A DNA stretch of 29,134 nucleotides from a virus (lineage: Duplodnaviria; Caudoviricetes), in IMG/VR virus record IMGVR_UViG_3300025093_001724, positions 1 to 29,134 of that record; one strand, given 5' to 3'. Below, one piece after another: positions 7,356 to 16,882 of the stretch; the stretch's first letter is position 1, and each line of letters opens with the position of its first letter. A program made the translations under genes and the position numbers. Under the pieces are notes generated by a model. The model ran no database searches and had not been told where the DNA came from. It saw nothing but the letters and a program-made list of their open reading frames with translations.

Positions 7356-9260
7356 CTAAACCTCGACATATCCACGAATGCCAGCAGCCCGCGTTGTGCC
7401 GCTGACATTTAGCGATCCACCGGAGTAGCAATAAAGCTGAGGGCCAAAGGAAAAGACTAGCGGTGGGAACATATGGACCCAGGATTGCGATGTCGTTGCA
7501 GTCTTGTGGTAGTAGAAATCCGCAATGTCATGATTGGAGCCATCCGTGCCCCATCGCGCAACCAAGTCGCCAGCGGAACTTGAACCGATAACGTCAGTGT
7601 GGCTAAAGATCACCGCCCCCGCCAGTGGTGAGATATGTCCATCAAAGGGCACAAGTATGGGAGTTGTAATTTCACCATTATAGTTCGCCTGCGTGTTGTC
7701 TGCACCTCTTGTGGCGACCGTCGATCCCAAGTCTCCCACATTTCGAATTTCCGCCGTGTCCATATAGCAGGCATTGAGATAGCAATAGTGATCGAAACCG
7801 GGCGGTGCGATCAGGAAGTAGTCATACGCAGCCATCGAACCAACATCGGCCAGGGTCACCGTTGTGCCCGTATTGGCGGTGACAGTGGTCAAGCGCCCTG
7901 AGAAGGCGTTCGCGCGGCTGTTCAGCGTCTCCGTGATGACCAGAACGTCTGCGCCAACCAGTGCATTGGTGGCAAACTGGTAGGTCTTACCAGCGATGGA
8001 CCGCTGATTTTCTCCACCTTGGTTCAGAGTGACGACGCTGCCTGCAATCGAACCTACGCGCAGAAACGGCATTGAGCCAAGTGTAGCCGTCGCATCGCCG
8101 TCATTCGCTGCCGCAAACTGGGCGTACCAGTTCGACTTGACGTGCCAGGCTTCTGCGAACAGGTCGCCCGCCGTGCTAGACCCGTTGCCGAGGTCTATAA
8201 TGTGGCGTTCGGCGCTGTCGAAAGCAGGCATATCAAAGACCGGCGCTCGACCCTCTTTATACCGGCCCTTGAACCGGAACCCGCCCATTGCGACAGAGCG
8301 GACGCCGGTAATCTCCACCTGTGTGGCCGAGTAGTAGGCCACCGGAATGCGCGGCCCATTCGGATCGACGAGCCGGAAGTCTGCCTTGGCATCATCACCG
8401 ATCTTGACGAGCGTAGCAGCGCCAGCCGCAAGTGCGCGGGTCGAGACGCCACCGGTCGCGTGTTTCGGCTCGGTAACAGCGCCGTCAGCGATCTTGACCG
8501 TGGTAACCGACCCGTCCGCTACGGCCGCCGCCGCAAGAATCTCCAGCCACGCCCCTGTGACACTGCCGACAGGATCGTCGCCGGTCGCGGAAGGGTCTTT
8601 AAGCTGATACCACTTGCCATCCGAGCCAGTGACGACCTGACCCTCAGTGTAAGTGGTCGGGGCGACATAGTCCCCCTGATGGTCGAAGGTCGCGCCGGTA
8701 GCGGACGAGAACAACTGCCGCCACTCGCTACCCGCCTTGAAGAACAGCGTGCCAACCCCCTCGATGATGTCACCAATGGCCAGGTTGGCGCCGGAGGCAG
8801 CCTTTACGTTCTCGGCGGAACCGCCATTGAGCGTGAGCGTCACGGTGCTGGACGAGTTCGTGCCCGGTGGGTCGGGCAGCAAAACACACAATACGTCCGC
8901 TGGGTTCACCGTCGCCTCGGTCGACGCTGTGATGGCGTTTGCCGTGCCGCCGATGCTGGTCAGGACCGCAAATGTGTCAGGGAAGCCACGACCCTTCACC
9001 CACGCGCTAGCGGAGCGATAGTAGTAGCCATTCTTGGTTGCATCAGGGTCATTAAGCACCAAGCCGCCATAGGTCTCGGCGGCCGGCGTGACCGCATCCA
9101 GAGCGGCCTTGGTCTGTTTCACCACGGCCGGCGCCGACGACGATCCGATCAGCGTCTTTAGCAGCGCGCGGATTTCCGCCTTGTCAGGTTCATGCGCCCC
9201 GCTGTGAATATCGCCCTTGATGACGTTGTCGCGGTAAACGGTATCGATATCGAGCGCCAT
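7356..9260 (-). CDS. Tail fibre / receptor-binding protein
   Basis: Follows J-like gene; start taken at MALDID (9260); GTANAITA motif, CBM5/12-like YTEGQVVTGSDGKWYQ, DGSVTTVKIADGAVT repeats, beta-rich C-terminus. Confidence 0.8.
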   Translation of the reverse strand: MALDIDTVYRDNVIKGDIHSGAHEPDKAEIRALLKTLIGSSSAPAVVKQTKAALDAVTPAAETYGGLVLNDPDATKNGYYYRSASAWVKGRGFPDTFAVLTSIGGTANAITASTEATVNPADVLCVLLPDPPGTNSSSTVTLTLNGGSAENVKAASGANLAIGDIIEGVGTLFFKAGSEWRQLFSSATGATFDHQGDYVAPTTYTEGQVVTGSDGKWYQLKDPSATGDDPVGSVTGAWLEILAAAAVADGSVTTVKIADGAVTEPKHATGGVSTRALAAGAATLVKIGDDAKADFRLVDPNGPRIPVAYYSATQVEITGVRSVAMGGFRFKGRYKEGRAPVFDMPAFDSAERHIIDLGNGSSTAGDLFAEAWHVKSNWYAQFAAANDGDATATLGSMPFLRVGSIAGSVVTLNQGGENQRSIAGKTYQFATNALVGADVLVITETLNSRANAFSGRLTTVTANTGTTVTLADVGSMAAYDYFLIAPPGFDHYCYLNACYMDTAEIRNVGDLGSTVATRGADNTQANYNGEITTPILVPFDGHISPLAGAVIFSHTDVIGSSSAGDLVARWGTDGSNHDIADFYYHKTATTSQSWVHMFPPLVFSFGPQLYCYSGGSLNVSGTTRAAGIRGYVEV

Positions 9261-9273
9261 TGCGTGCCCCAAT

Positions 9274-9300
9274 AGAAAAGGCCCCGCGTTATGCAGGGCC
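9274..9300 (-). terminator. Putative terminator/stem-loop between tail tip and tail fibre genes
   Basis: Minus strand GGCCCTGC-ATAAC-GCGGGGCC followed by TTTTCT. Confidence 0.55.
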
Positions 9301-9323
9301 GGATGTCGGTAATTTTGAGAGAG

Positions 9324-11486
9324 TTAGGTGACCGTGAAGGAACCCGTGGCGACGGCTGTTGCCTCGTCACCAGACGAGTTGATGGCAACGATCCAGCCGT
9401 ACTTGGTGCCAGCCGATAGGCCGGTAACCAGCCTGCTATCGGCCGTATTTGGAGTACCGTACTCAGTCGCAGTCGCTGTTCCGCCTGGGAACGTGTTCAC
9501 GGTGTTTATGTAGATGCGAGCACCGACGTAGTTTGGACTGTTTGGCGCTGTCCAATTGAACGTCGCTTGGCCCACACCGCCGGTAGCAGAGGCGCCGCTT
9601 ACAGGGCCGGGTGGAGAAGATGTCGACGAAATCGTCACATTGGGCGGTGTCGATGCCACCCAATTGCTGGCGTTTGCGGTCGCGGTCCTGAACTGAACCT
9701 GAGCTTCGTAAACATCACCTGGCGGAAGGCCGTTGATCATCAGGTAATCCTGAGACGAAGGCACCCCGATTTCGCTCCAGTCTGTGGTGCTGATCTTGCG
9801 ATAGCGAACTCGCTTCAGAAGGCTGGAGCGCGGCGGCGGGTCGAACGCAACGTATAACTGCCCAGACTCCGGAGACGACGCGACAACACCGGTCGGATCA
9901 GCAATATCGTCAACCACCTCGATGTCGGTGATGGTTGATGGTTCAGGCTCATCGACCAATCCGTCAAAGGTCCAATCCGCCTGCTCGGTTGCTCTGCCCG
10001 AAACGTTCACCGACATGCCATCAGGAGCCAGAGAAACATCAGCGATCTCATAATTGGCGCTGATGCCTAGTTCTGGGTATTCCAGCCGGAAAATGCGAGA
10101 GTCGTCGCTGTCGGCCGGCATCAAAAGAAGCCCGTAGAGCTTTAGATTCATCGTCACGTCAGTTGGCGCCCGCATAGCGCGCAATGTCCGCTTCGCCACC
10201 GCACATGCCTGCGTATGGTTTGGCACCCAGTGAGCAGCGACCGACGCTTGGTTGTACGCCTCACCGTCGTCAAGCGTGACGGCCGCTGACGGATACTGGC
10301 GATAGCCAGCCGCAGGTTCGACATATTCGACGGAAAGCGCGTTGTTTCGCACCTCACCGTCCTGCCCCTCGCCCAGTTTGATCGAGTTGATGTGTTCCGG
10401 GCGAATGGTGACTTTCGGTTCCATCCAGCGGCCGAGCTTGAAGCCAACCTTGCCGTCCGATCGGTCGTAGAACCATGCGTCACATGCAATCGCGAGTTGC
10501 TTGCGAACCTCCTCGCGCGTCTGCGAGAAGAAATAAGTTCCAGACATCTGCCACTTGGGGATGTAGTCTCCGGCCCGATTCCGGATGGTGCTGTCGGCCA
10601 CGTCGGCCTCGTCTGCGACCTCGTCCCAATCGACTTCCTGGCCGTACCCATCCGGACTCACGATCCAATCGGCGATGATCAACGCGGCGTTGAGCGTCCA
10701 CTTATAGGTGCTGGTATCTCCGAGCGTTTGCGTGACATCTCGCGGGTCATAGACCTTGGAAGCGCGATACAGGGTTGAAACAGTAGGTTCCCGCCCCGAT
10801 GGATAGACCTTGGCAAAGTCCTCCGGCGCGGTGTTCATGCAATTCATGAGGACCGCGGCGATGCCGACCAGTTTGTGGTCCGCGGTCCACTCAGTGAACT
10901 CGGATTGCAGATCGGCGAACGCCGTCTGGCCCGGTGCGCCCAACTTGTATTGGATGCGGATCATTGATGATCCACCAGAGAAGAAGGATGGCTCCTGAAC
11001 TTGATCGAGTCCGTCCAAGGTAACCTCGGTCTCGTTCAGATAAGTCCCTTCGATGCCGTCAATCTCACCGGTGTTCAGCAGCACAACCACAAAGCGGCGG
11101 CCATTCTTGATCTTCCAGAAGGCAACGGGCCCGCCGCCGCGGACCCGCCCATAGGACTTTGACCGGTCCTGAATGGACTGGCGCAGGTTGACGATGCGCG
11201 AGCCGGGATCCTGCGCCTGGCTGGTCTGCTGTGGCCGCAGCGAATTTGCGAGCAGCGTTGCGCCGACACCAATGGCGGCCGTCAGCAGAAACCCAGGCAG
11301 GGCCGCAAGAGCACTATTGAGCAGCAGCGAGCCCAGCACCGCTGTTGGCGCCAGGAGACCTGCTGCGCCGGAGTAGCCCATCAACGTCAAAATGGAGACC
11401 GAGACAGGATCGGCCTGCGCTGGCAAAGACATGCAGACGAGTATCGTCGTGCCCAGAAGAGCACTCCGCAAAAACCGGTTGATCAT
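9324..11486 (-). CDS. Central tail tip / host-specificity protein (J-like) with C-terminal FnIII-like domains
   Basis: RSKSYGRVRGGG, KVYDPR..WTLNAALIIADW motifs; two FnIII-like repeats at C-terminus. Confidence 0.88.
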   Translation of the reverse strand: MINRFLRSALLGTTILVCMSLPAQADPVSVSILTLMGYSGAAGLLAPTAVLGSLLLNSALAALPGFLLTAAIGVGATLLANSLRPQQTSQAQDPGSRIVNLRQSIQDRSKSYGRVRGGGPVAFWKIKNGRRFVVVLLNTGEIDGIEGTYLNETEVTLDGLDQVQEPSFFSGGSSMIRIQYKLGAPGQTAFADLQSEFTEWTADHKLVGIAAVLMNCMNTAPEDFAKVYPSGREPTVSTLYRASKVYDPRDVTQTLGDTSTYKWTLNAALIIADWIVSPDGYGQEVDWDEVADEADVADSTIRNRAGDYIPKWQMSGTYFFSQTREEVRKQLAIACDAWFYDRSDGKVGFKLGRWMEPKVTIRPEHINSIKLGEGQDGEVRNNALSVEYVEPAAGYRQYPSAAVTLDDGEAYNQASVAAHWVPNHTQACAVAKRTLRAMRAPTDVTMNLKLYGLLLMPADSDDSRIFRLEYPELGISANYEIADVSLAPDGMSVNVSGRATEQADWTFDGLVDEPEPSTITDIEVVDDIADPTGVVASSPESGQLYVAFDPPPRSSLLKRVRYRKISTTDWSEIGVPSSQDYLMINGLPPGDVYEAQVQFRTATANASNWVASTPPNVTISSTSSPPGPVSGASATGGVGQATFNWTAPNSPNYVGARIYINTVNTFPGGTATATEYGTPNTADSRLVTGLSAGTKYGWIVAINSSGDEATAVATGSFTVT

Positions 11487-11493
11487 GCGATGC

Positions 11494-11898
11494 TTATCCT
11501 TGGACGGACCAGGCCGCGACGACGTTGGGCCGGGTGACGGTCATCAGACCTTCCGGCGATTTGAGAGCCCAGCGATCACCGCCCAGGCAGATCGCACCGG
11601 CAAAGGTTCGCTCGCTGAACTTGAGCACCCCGATGTCACCCCGCCCAGGGGCGTCACAGACAGGCAAACCGACCTTGGCGACGCATTCACCAACGACAGC
11701 GACCAAACCTCGTCTGACAAAGCCGGAGACGCGATTGCAGCCCGCTCGAGTGGTGTAGCGACCGCGCAGATGCGCGGCGCCATCCTTGCCTGTCAGGTCG
11801 TGCACATAGTCGGCCAGGACAATGGCGCAGTCCGACCGACCCCAGGCAAAGTCGGTCGTGGCCCAGATGCGTAGGTGCTTGGCGACAAGGTCAGACAA
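11494..11898 (-). CDS. Tail-associated NlpC/P60-like protein (DUF6950-like)
   Basis: FAWGRSDCAIVLADYV..LTGKD, RGDIG motifs; TTG start; position before J-like gene. Confidence 0.8.
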   Translation of the reverse strand: MSDLVAKHLRIWATTDFAWGRSDCAIVLADYVHDLTGKDGAAHLRGRYTTRAGCNRVSGFVRRGLVAVVGECVAKVGLPVCDAPGRGDIGVLKFSERTFAGAICLGGDRWALKSPEGLMTVTRPNVVAAWSVQG

Positions 11899-11989
11899 GG
11901 TTCACCGCCTGCGCCACCAGCAGCAGCGCCATTCCGACAAAACACACGCGCCAGACAAACTGATCATGCGGCAGCGGACGCTGGTCCAT
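11891..11989 (-). CDS. Unlisted 32-aa hydrophobic peptide MDQRPLPHDQFVWRVCFVGMALLLVAQAVNLV
   Basis: Fills the gap between two tail genes: ATG 2 nt after upstream TAG; its TGA overlaps next gene start (TTGTCTGA). Confidence 0.45.
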   Translation of the reverse strand: MDQRPLPHDQFVWRVCFVGMALLLVAQAVNLV

Positions 11990-11991
11990 CG

Positions 11992-12582
11992 CTAAGCTCC
12001 AAAAAGCGGCTGATCGTCGAATCCGTGAGTTGGAAGGAACTCCAGCGACGGATCGCCGCTCGCACGACGACGCTGGTCAGCATCGGTATAGCGGCCGTTG
12101 AGCGGGCGCGACCGGAGCGGGAACGGCCCCTCGCACAGCAGTGTCACCGACCGTTCCTGCGGGCCGTTGTGGGTGTAGATCAGGCGACGCATTGTAAGCG
12201 TCCTGAACTTGATCGGCTGCCAGATCGGCGCGAACATTTCCTCGAGCTCGCCAAAATACTGGAAGTATAGTCGACAAGGGCGACCGTCGATCGCCGCGAC
12301 ACCGTAGTCACGAATAACTTGCAACAGATCGTCCCGATCTGGATCGTGCACATAGGACAGCGATGCTTCCCATGTCGGAGCAGAGCCGTTGCTGCTGACC
12401 TTGACTTCACCCATACGCAGAAGCGAACAACCGATCCAATCCACACCGTTAGCGTCGCGAAAAACCCCGTTCTCTCCTGGGTAAAGCCTGATGAACCCCT
12501 CTGAAGTGTCCATCTCCATAAGCAGTGCAGCACCCACGGCTTCGTCATTGAGCCGCTGCGCAATTTCCTCTGGAATGTTCAT
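11992..12582 (-). CDS. Minor tail / baseplate hub-like protein
   Basis: ATGA overlap with upstream gene; C-terminal GRYTDADQRRRASGDPSLEF motif typical of this tail gene. Confidence 0.75.
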   Translation of the reverse strand: MNIPEEIAQRLNDEAVGAALLMEMDTSEGFIRLYPGENGVFRDANGVDWIGCSLLRMGEVKVSSNGSAPTWEASLSYVHDPDRDDLLQVIRDYGVAAIDGRPCRLYFQYFGELEEMFAPIWQPIKFRTLTMRRLIYTHNGPQERSVTLLCEGPFPLRSRPLNGRYTDADQRRRASGDPSLEFLPTHGFDDQPLFGA

Positions 12583-13274
12583 TCGCGGCCAGGCCCCACC
12601 CATTCAACCAGGCTCAGTTTCACACGCGCTATATCGGCAGGTTCAACCCGGCTTGCGCCTTCGAGATCGCCTTCAAGAGCGCAGATGCATGTCGCATCGA
12701 GATTGATCTCATCGTCGGGGGTCACAGCGCGACGAAGGGGCATTGCAAAATGTAGAAGCGCATCCTCACCACGCCCCTCAATCCCGGTCGCCCGGTACAG
12801 CCAATCATTGATCGAAAAAAAGTGCCCCATGCTGATGAAGTTGCCGAGATAATCGCCGTCGATCCGGATCGACGTCGCCCCCCGCGACGCCGTTTCCAGA
12901 ATGGGGGCCGTCACCCCCTGCGCGTACCCTGACCCGTCGGAGAAGCTTGATCCGTCGCCGTGATAGATAGCCCCGCCCGTATAGGCGGAGCCCATCTCCG
13001 CCCACGTCGGACGAAGGGGGTCACGAACTTTCACCCGCAGGGCATTATATCGACCATAGACTTGGTCGATTACGCCGCGCCACGACCTGATCTTGTCACG
13101 CCGAAACGTCGCGAAGTCGACACGCCCGATCCATCTGGGCTGATTGCCAAACACAACCTGCCCCGCACCTGTGACACCAGGTTGGCCTGCATTGCCACGC
13201 CAGTCGATCTGCCAGTCAAACGACGTGGCCCAGAAATAGCGGGTATCGAGCTCAATGATCTTTCGTGTCATCAA
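12579..13274 (-). CDS. Distal tail-like protein
   Basis: Immediately after tape measure with ATGA overlap; DGSSFSDGSGY and GHFFSIN..LYR motifs. Confidence 0.7.
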   Translation of the reverse strand: MMTRKIIELDTRYFWATSFDWQIDWRGNAGQPGVTGAGQVVFGNQPRWIGRVDFATFRRDKIRSWRGVIDQVYGRYNALRVKVRDPLRPTWAEMGSAYTGGAIYHGDGSSFSDGSGYAQGVTAPILETASRGATSIRIDGDYLGNFISMGHFFSINDWLYRATGIEGRGEDALLHFAMPLRRAVTPDDEINLDATCICALEGDLEGASRVEPADIARVKLSLVEWVGPGRE

Positions 13275-15070
13275 CGATACCGTTCTTGCTGGGCCATTTG
13301 GTTGACGGTGCGGGAAACTGGCTCGACCATGCCTTTGGTAATCTGGACAGCTTGGCCGGCGGCCTGGTTGACGATCTCGGCGCGCAGGCCATCATCGAGA
13401 TGGATAGCGACAACCGACTGCCCGCCGCCCATCCGCAGTTCGTTGTTCGGGATGACCTGAGAGCCGCGCGGCAGGTTCACCAGTTCCGGTCCCCGCTCGC
13501 CCACCATTGCCAGGCCACCAGGCGCATAATTGGTGCCGTTGGCGAAGAACGGCAGCTTGAAGCCGCCGCCACCTCCGAAGATGCCACCAATGAGCATCTC
13601 GAAGCCCTTGTGGATGATCATCTGGCCCAAAGAGCGTAGTAGATCACCAACGGCCTCCACGGCGCTCTTGGACCCATCCACCACGCTGCTGAACATGTTG
13701 GACAGGCCAGACGAAAGCGTCGATGCGAGTTCGTTTCCAGATGTCCTGGCGCTGTCGAATGCATCCTGCGCCTGGCGTACCGCACGAGTATAGGTGTCAT
13801 GATCGATCGCCCCCTGCTGTAGCAACTTGTTCAGGCGCTCGACTTCAATCTTGTAGGCTTCTGCTGGGGTGCGGGTTGCTGTGAACACTGCCTGACCATC
13901 GGTCATGGCCTGCTTGAGCGCATCGACGCCAGACTTCGCCGAGCCAGCACCGGTGCCCAACGTTTCAAAAACCTCGCGAAGCCGGTCGACCGCAGAGACC
14001 GTTTCCTCGATCTTGAAAGTTCCATCCGGGTTGAGCGAAAAGCCTTCATAGAGGTTTTTGGATCCGCCACCACCGCGCTGCATCTGCCATTCGAGTTGCC
14101 GCATGATGTCGGCTTCTGCCGCGCCATAGTCCTCCGGAAAGATATTCTTGAGGCTGGTAGCACCTTCCGGCATGACAGCCTTGGTGCCGCCATGCCCCCC
14201 GATGTAATCCATGAAGTCTTTGAACGCCTTGTGAGCGCCAATGAAGACTTGTGCGATACCATCGGCAATGGCGATCGCGGCAATGGCAAAGTCCTGCATT
14301 GCCTGCATGAAATCGGGACTGGTCAGGGTGTTGATCAGGTTGTTGAGGGTCGGCAGGGCCGCCTCGGCAATCCGATTGACCATGCCCTGAAGGCCAGCTT
14401 GAAGGCGGGTGATGCTGTCGTTGAAGGCCTCAGCCGCCTTGCCGGTCTTGGTCGAGAGGGTATTTCCCAGCCGGTCGGACTCGTCGGCCATTTCTGAAAG
14501 GCCATCCTTGCCCGAATTGAGCAGCGGGATCATCTCGGCGCCAGCGCGACCCAGCAAGTTCATTGCGAGGGCGGTCTTTTCCGCGCCATCCGGCATAGCG
14601 GCGAACCGTTCGGCGATCTCGGCAAAGACCTCATCAGAGGACCGAAGCTTGCCTTCAGCATCGACCACCGCAATGCCCAGGGCGTCAAACGCGGTCTTGG
14701 CCTGGGCCCCCACCCCGTTCGACACATCGAGCATATTGCGGGAGAGACGCTGAAGGCCTGTCGAAAGCTGGCCGAGGCTCACGTCGGAAAGCTTGGCAGC
14801 CCATTCGAGGCGGGACAGCGCCTCGGTGGTCATGCCGATCCGCTGCGCTGTCTTGCTGAGGTCGTCGGCTCGGTCGATGCTGCCTTTCACCGCGACAGCA
14901 AGTGCAGCGCCGGCCGCCGCCGCCGCAGTGGCGACAACCTCAAGCCCGATCTTGGCCGCATTGCCGAACTTGGCGAGTCCTGCATTGGCCTTGGCCAGCC
15001 CGGCCGTGAACTCGGCGGAATCGAGACCGAGCATGACGTGAAGGGCACCAATTCGTGCTGCACCAGCCAT
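13271..15070 (-). CDS. Tail tape measure protein
   Basis: IGALHVMLGLDSAEF N-terminus, Ala-rich helical body, FANGT..GGLAMVGERGPELV C-terminal motif. Confidence 0.93.
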   Translation of the reverse strand: MAGAARIGALHVMLGLDSAEFTAGLAKANAGLAKFGNAAKIGLEVVATAAAAAGAALAVAVKGSIDRADDLSKTAQRIGMTTEALSRLEWAAKLSDVSLGQLSTGLQRLSRNMLDVSNGVGAQAKTAFDALGIAVVDAEGKLRSSDEVFAEIAERFAAMPDGAEKTALAMNLLGRAGAEMIPLLNSGKDGLSEMADESDRLGNTLSTKTGKAAEAFNDSITRLQAGLQGMVNRIAEAALPTLNNLINTLTSPDFMQAMQDFAIAAIAIADGIAQVFIGAHKAFKDFMDYIGGHGGTKAVMPEGATSLKNIFPEDYGAAEADIMRQLEWQMQRGGGGSKNLYEGFSLNPDGTFKIEETVSAVDRLREVFETLGTGAGSAKSGVDALKQAMTDGQAVFTATRTPAEAYKIEVERLNKLLQQGAIDHDTYTRAVRQAQDAFDSARTSGNELASTLSSGLSNMFSSVVDGSKSAVEAVGDLLRSLGQMIIHKGFEMLIGGIFGGGGGFKLPFFANGTNYAPGGLAMVGERGPELVNLPRGSQVIPNNELRMGGGQSVVAIHLDDGLRAEIVNQAAGQAVQITKGMVEPVSRTVNQMAQQERYR

Positions 15071-15074
15071 GGCA

Positions 15075-15398
15075 TTATCTCCTGCTTGCGGCCGTCCACT
15101 GCCTGGCGATCGCCAGTTGCTCTTGCCAGGATTGCGAACGGCGCACCGCCTTCACTTCCCTGATCAGCAGCTTTTCCAGTTTCGGAAGTTTCTTCATCAT
15201 TGGGATGACCGCCGTGTAGTACGCGGCCGTCATCCTCTCATTGTGCTCGCGCACCAGGCGCTTGTTCGAAGCCTTGAGCCGCTCGTTAAGCTGCCGAGGG
15301 GTCAGGCTCCAGAAGCCGTCCGGATCGTAGTGTCCCAGAGCGGCATATTCCACGCTTAGCGCTTGCCAGTCCCAGCCCGACTGGCGTTCGGAGGGTTT
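15075..15398 (-). CDS. Tail assembly chaperone C-terminal (gpT-like) frame, probably reached by -1 frameshift
   Basis: Frame is open upstream of GTG 15353 and reads KPSERQSGWDWQALSVEYAALGHYDPDGFWSLTPRQL from slippery site AAACCCT. Confidence 0.75.
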   Translation of the reverse strand, partial: KPSERQSGWDWQALSVEYAALGHYDPDGFWSLTPRQLNERLKASNKRLVREHNERMTAAYYTAVIPMMKKLPKLEKLLIREVKAVRRSQSWQEQLAIARQWTAASRR

Positions 15399-15724
15399 GG
15401 TTTCTTGCCGCCATCATTGGCCGGAAATGCCAGCTGCAGAGCTTCGCCGACCTTGGCCATGACCTCGGACATGCCAGCCTCGCCCATGATGTCGCCGGCA
15501 GCTTCCAGCGTCAGGCCCTTGTGATTGGCTTGAAGCGCCGCCCAGAGCGCCGCTCTCCAGGCGCCGATCCGCACATCCTGGTCGTTGCCCAGAATGGCCG
15601 AGATTTCATTTACGCCCTTGTCGAGCAGCGTTTCGAGCTGCGCGATCTCGTTGATGGACATGCGCAGGACATAGGTCCGGTCGCCAACAACGAGATCGAC
15701 TTCGCCACGATGGGGATTGGCCAT
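15356..15724 (-). CDS. Tail assembly chaperone (gpG-like, GTA gp10-like)
   Basis: MANPHRGEV N-terminus; between major tail and tape measure. Confidence 0.85.
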   Translation of the reverse strand: MANPHRGEVDLVVGDRTYVLRMSINEIAQLETLLDKGVNEISAILGNDQDVRIGAWRAALWAALQANHKGLTLEAAGDIMGEAGMSEVMAKVGEALQLAFPANDGGKKPNPPNASRAGTGKR

Positions 15725-15726
15725 GG

Positions 15727-16422
15727 TTATGCCGCCAGGACTGCGACGGTCTCAGGACTGGTTGCTGCAGCCGAGCCTTCGCTGTTGGTTGCCGTGATGG
15801 TGACAGTGAGGTTGTCGCCCACATCGCCAACGACCGGCACATAGGTCTGGCTGGTGGCGCCGGAGATCGGTACACCTTCGCTGTTCCACTGGTAGGTGAA
15901 GGTCGGGCCGCCGCTCCACTGGCCGGGATAAGCGGTAAGGGTCTCGCCTTCCTGGACGGTGCCCGAAATCGCGGGGCCGACGAGCACGGCCGGGATGGCA
16001 GCAGCCTCGACGACAGTGGAGCCGGTGACCTTGAATGTCACCTCGGCAGTCATCTTGTCATCGGTCGGCACGGCCGGATTGTAGCCCGTGAGGAAGCCGT
16101 CGAACTTCCACACCGCTGCGTTGGGATAGGTGATGCGGCAGATGACGCGCTCACCGCTGGTGCGGATTTCGCGGATCGTCACGTCCGCCGCCGAGCCAGG
16201 CACGAAGTTCTGGCTGAAGGACGCGTCGCCCGGGTCGGTCAGACCGGCGATGAATTCGCGGGTGCGGTTGGGGCTGGCCATATGCGTGGCATCAATCACG
16301 TCGACTGCAGCACTCGGCGGGGTGATGTCGAACACCTCGCCCAGGGAGAGCCAGGTGTCGCCGCCGTCACGCGAAATGTCGAACAGCGAACCATAGCCAA
16401 TGGATGCCTCGGTTGCGGGCAT
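15727..16422 (-). CDS. Major tail tube protein with C-terminal Ig-like extension
   Basis: IDATHMASPNRTREFIAGLTDPG, TAEVTFKVTG; C-terminal PAISGTVQEGETLT..TYQW..ISGATSQTY. Confidence 0.92.
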   Translation of the reverse strand: MPATEASIGYGSLFDISRDGGDTWLSLGEVFDITPPSAAVDVIDATHMASPNRTREFIAGLTDPGDASFSQNFVPGSAADVTIREIRTSGERVICRITYPNAAVWKFDGFLTGYNPAVPTDDKMTAEVTFKVTGSTVVEAAAIPAVLVGPAISGTVQEGETLTAYPGQWSGGPTFTYQWNSEGVPISGATSQTYVPVVGDVGDNLTVTITATNSEGSAAATSPETVAVLAA

Positions 16423-16483
16423 TGTTCATTCTCCAATGATGACTGTGAGGCGCCTGCCCACGGCGCGGAGGATGGGCGCTAAA

Positions 16484-16879
16484 TCAGGACGCGAGGCCCC
16501 AATTGATTGCGTAATCGCGGCTGTCGGTGAACCACTTGTGGCTGTCCACCTTGCCAAAGCTGGTGCGCTGCGAGACCTCGAAGCACCCCTGAAACTGATA
16601 TCCGCCAAAGTCCCCGCGGAACCCGGAAAGCCGCGCCTTGAGAGCTTCGGCGATGGCCCTCGCCTTCGCCGCCGTGGCATCCCGGCAATCAAACTGGACG
16701 CGGGTGAAGACCAGCCCGGAAGCACCGGCCATGTGATAGTCCGTGATGCCGGAAACAACCGACATCGAAATCGTTCCTTCCGGTGACCCCTGAGGCAGCG
16801 TATCCCAATCGACACGATTGCCGACCAGAGCGGCCAGGGGCGCATGGGCGAGCAGCAGATTGGCCAGCTTGGTCTGCAT
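16484..16879 (-). CDS. Tail terminator/completion protein (DUF3168-like)
   Basis: LAALVGNRV, RVQFDC motifs; position before major tail. Confidence 0.85.
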   Translation of the reverse strand: MQTKLANLLLAHAPLAALVGNRVDWDTLPQGSPEGTISMSVVSGITDYHMAGASGLVFTRVQFDCRDATAAKARAIAEALKARLSGFRGDFGGYQFQGCFEVSQRTSFGKVDSHKWFTDSRDYAINWGLAS

Positions 16880-16882
16880 GGG

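Noticed and set aside
4846-7589. Diversity-generating retroelement TR/VR pair for the tail-fibre tip
   Set aside because: The copies are highly diverged at all bases rather than adenine-specific, and no reverse transcriptase or Avd is in the window
4846-9260. Invertible tail-fibre shufflon (Gin/Cin type)
   Set aside because: Both tips are in the same orientation; no invertase or inverted crossover sites seen
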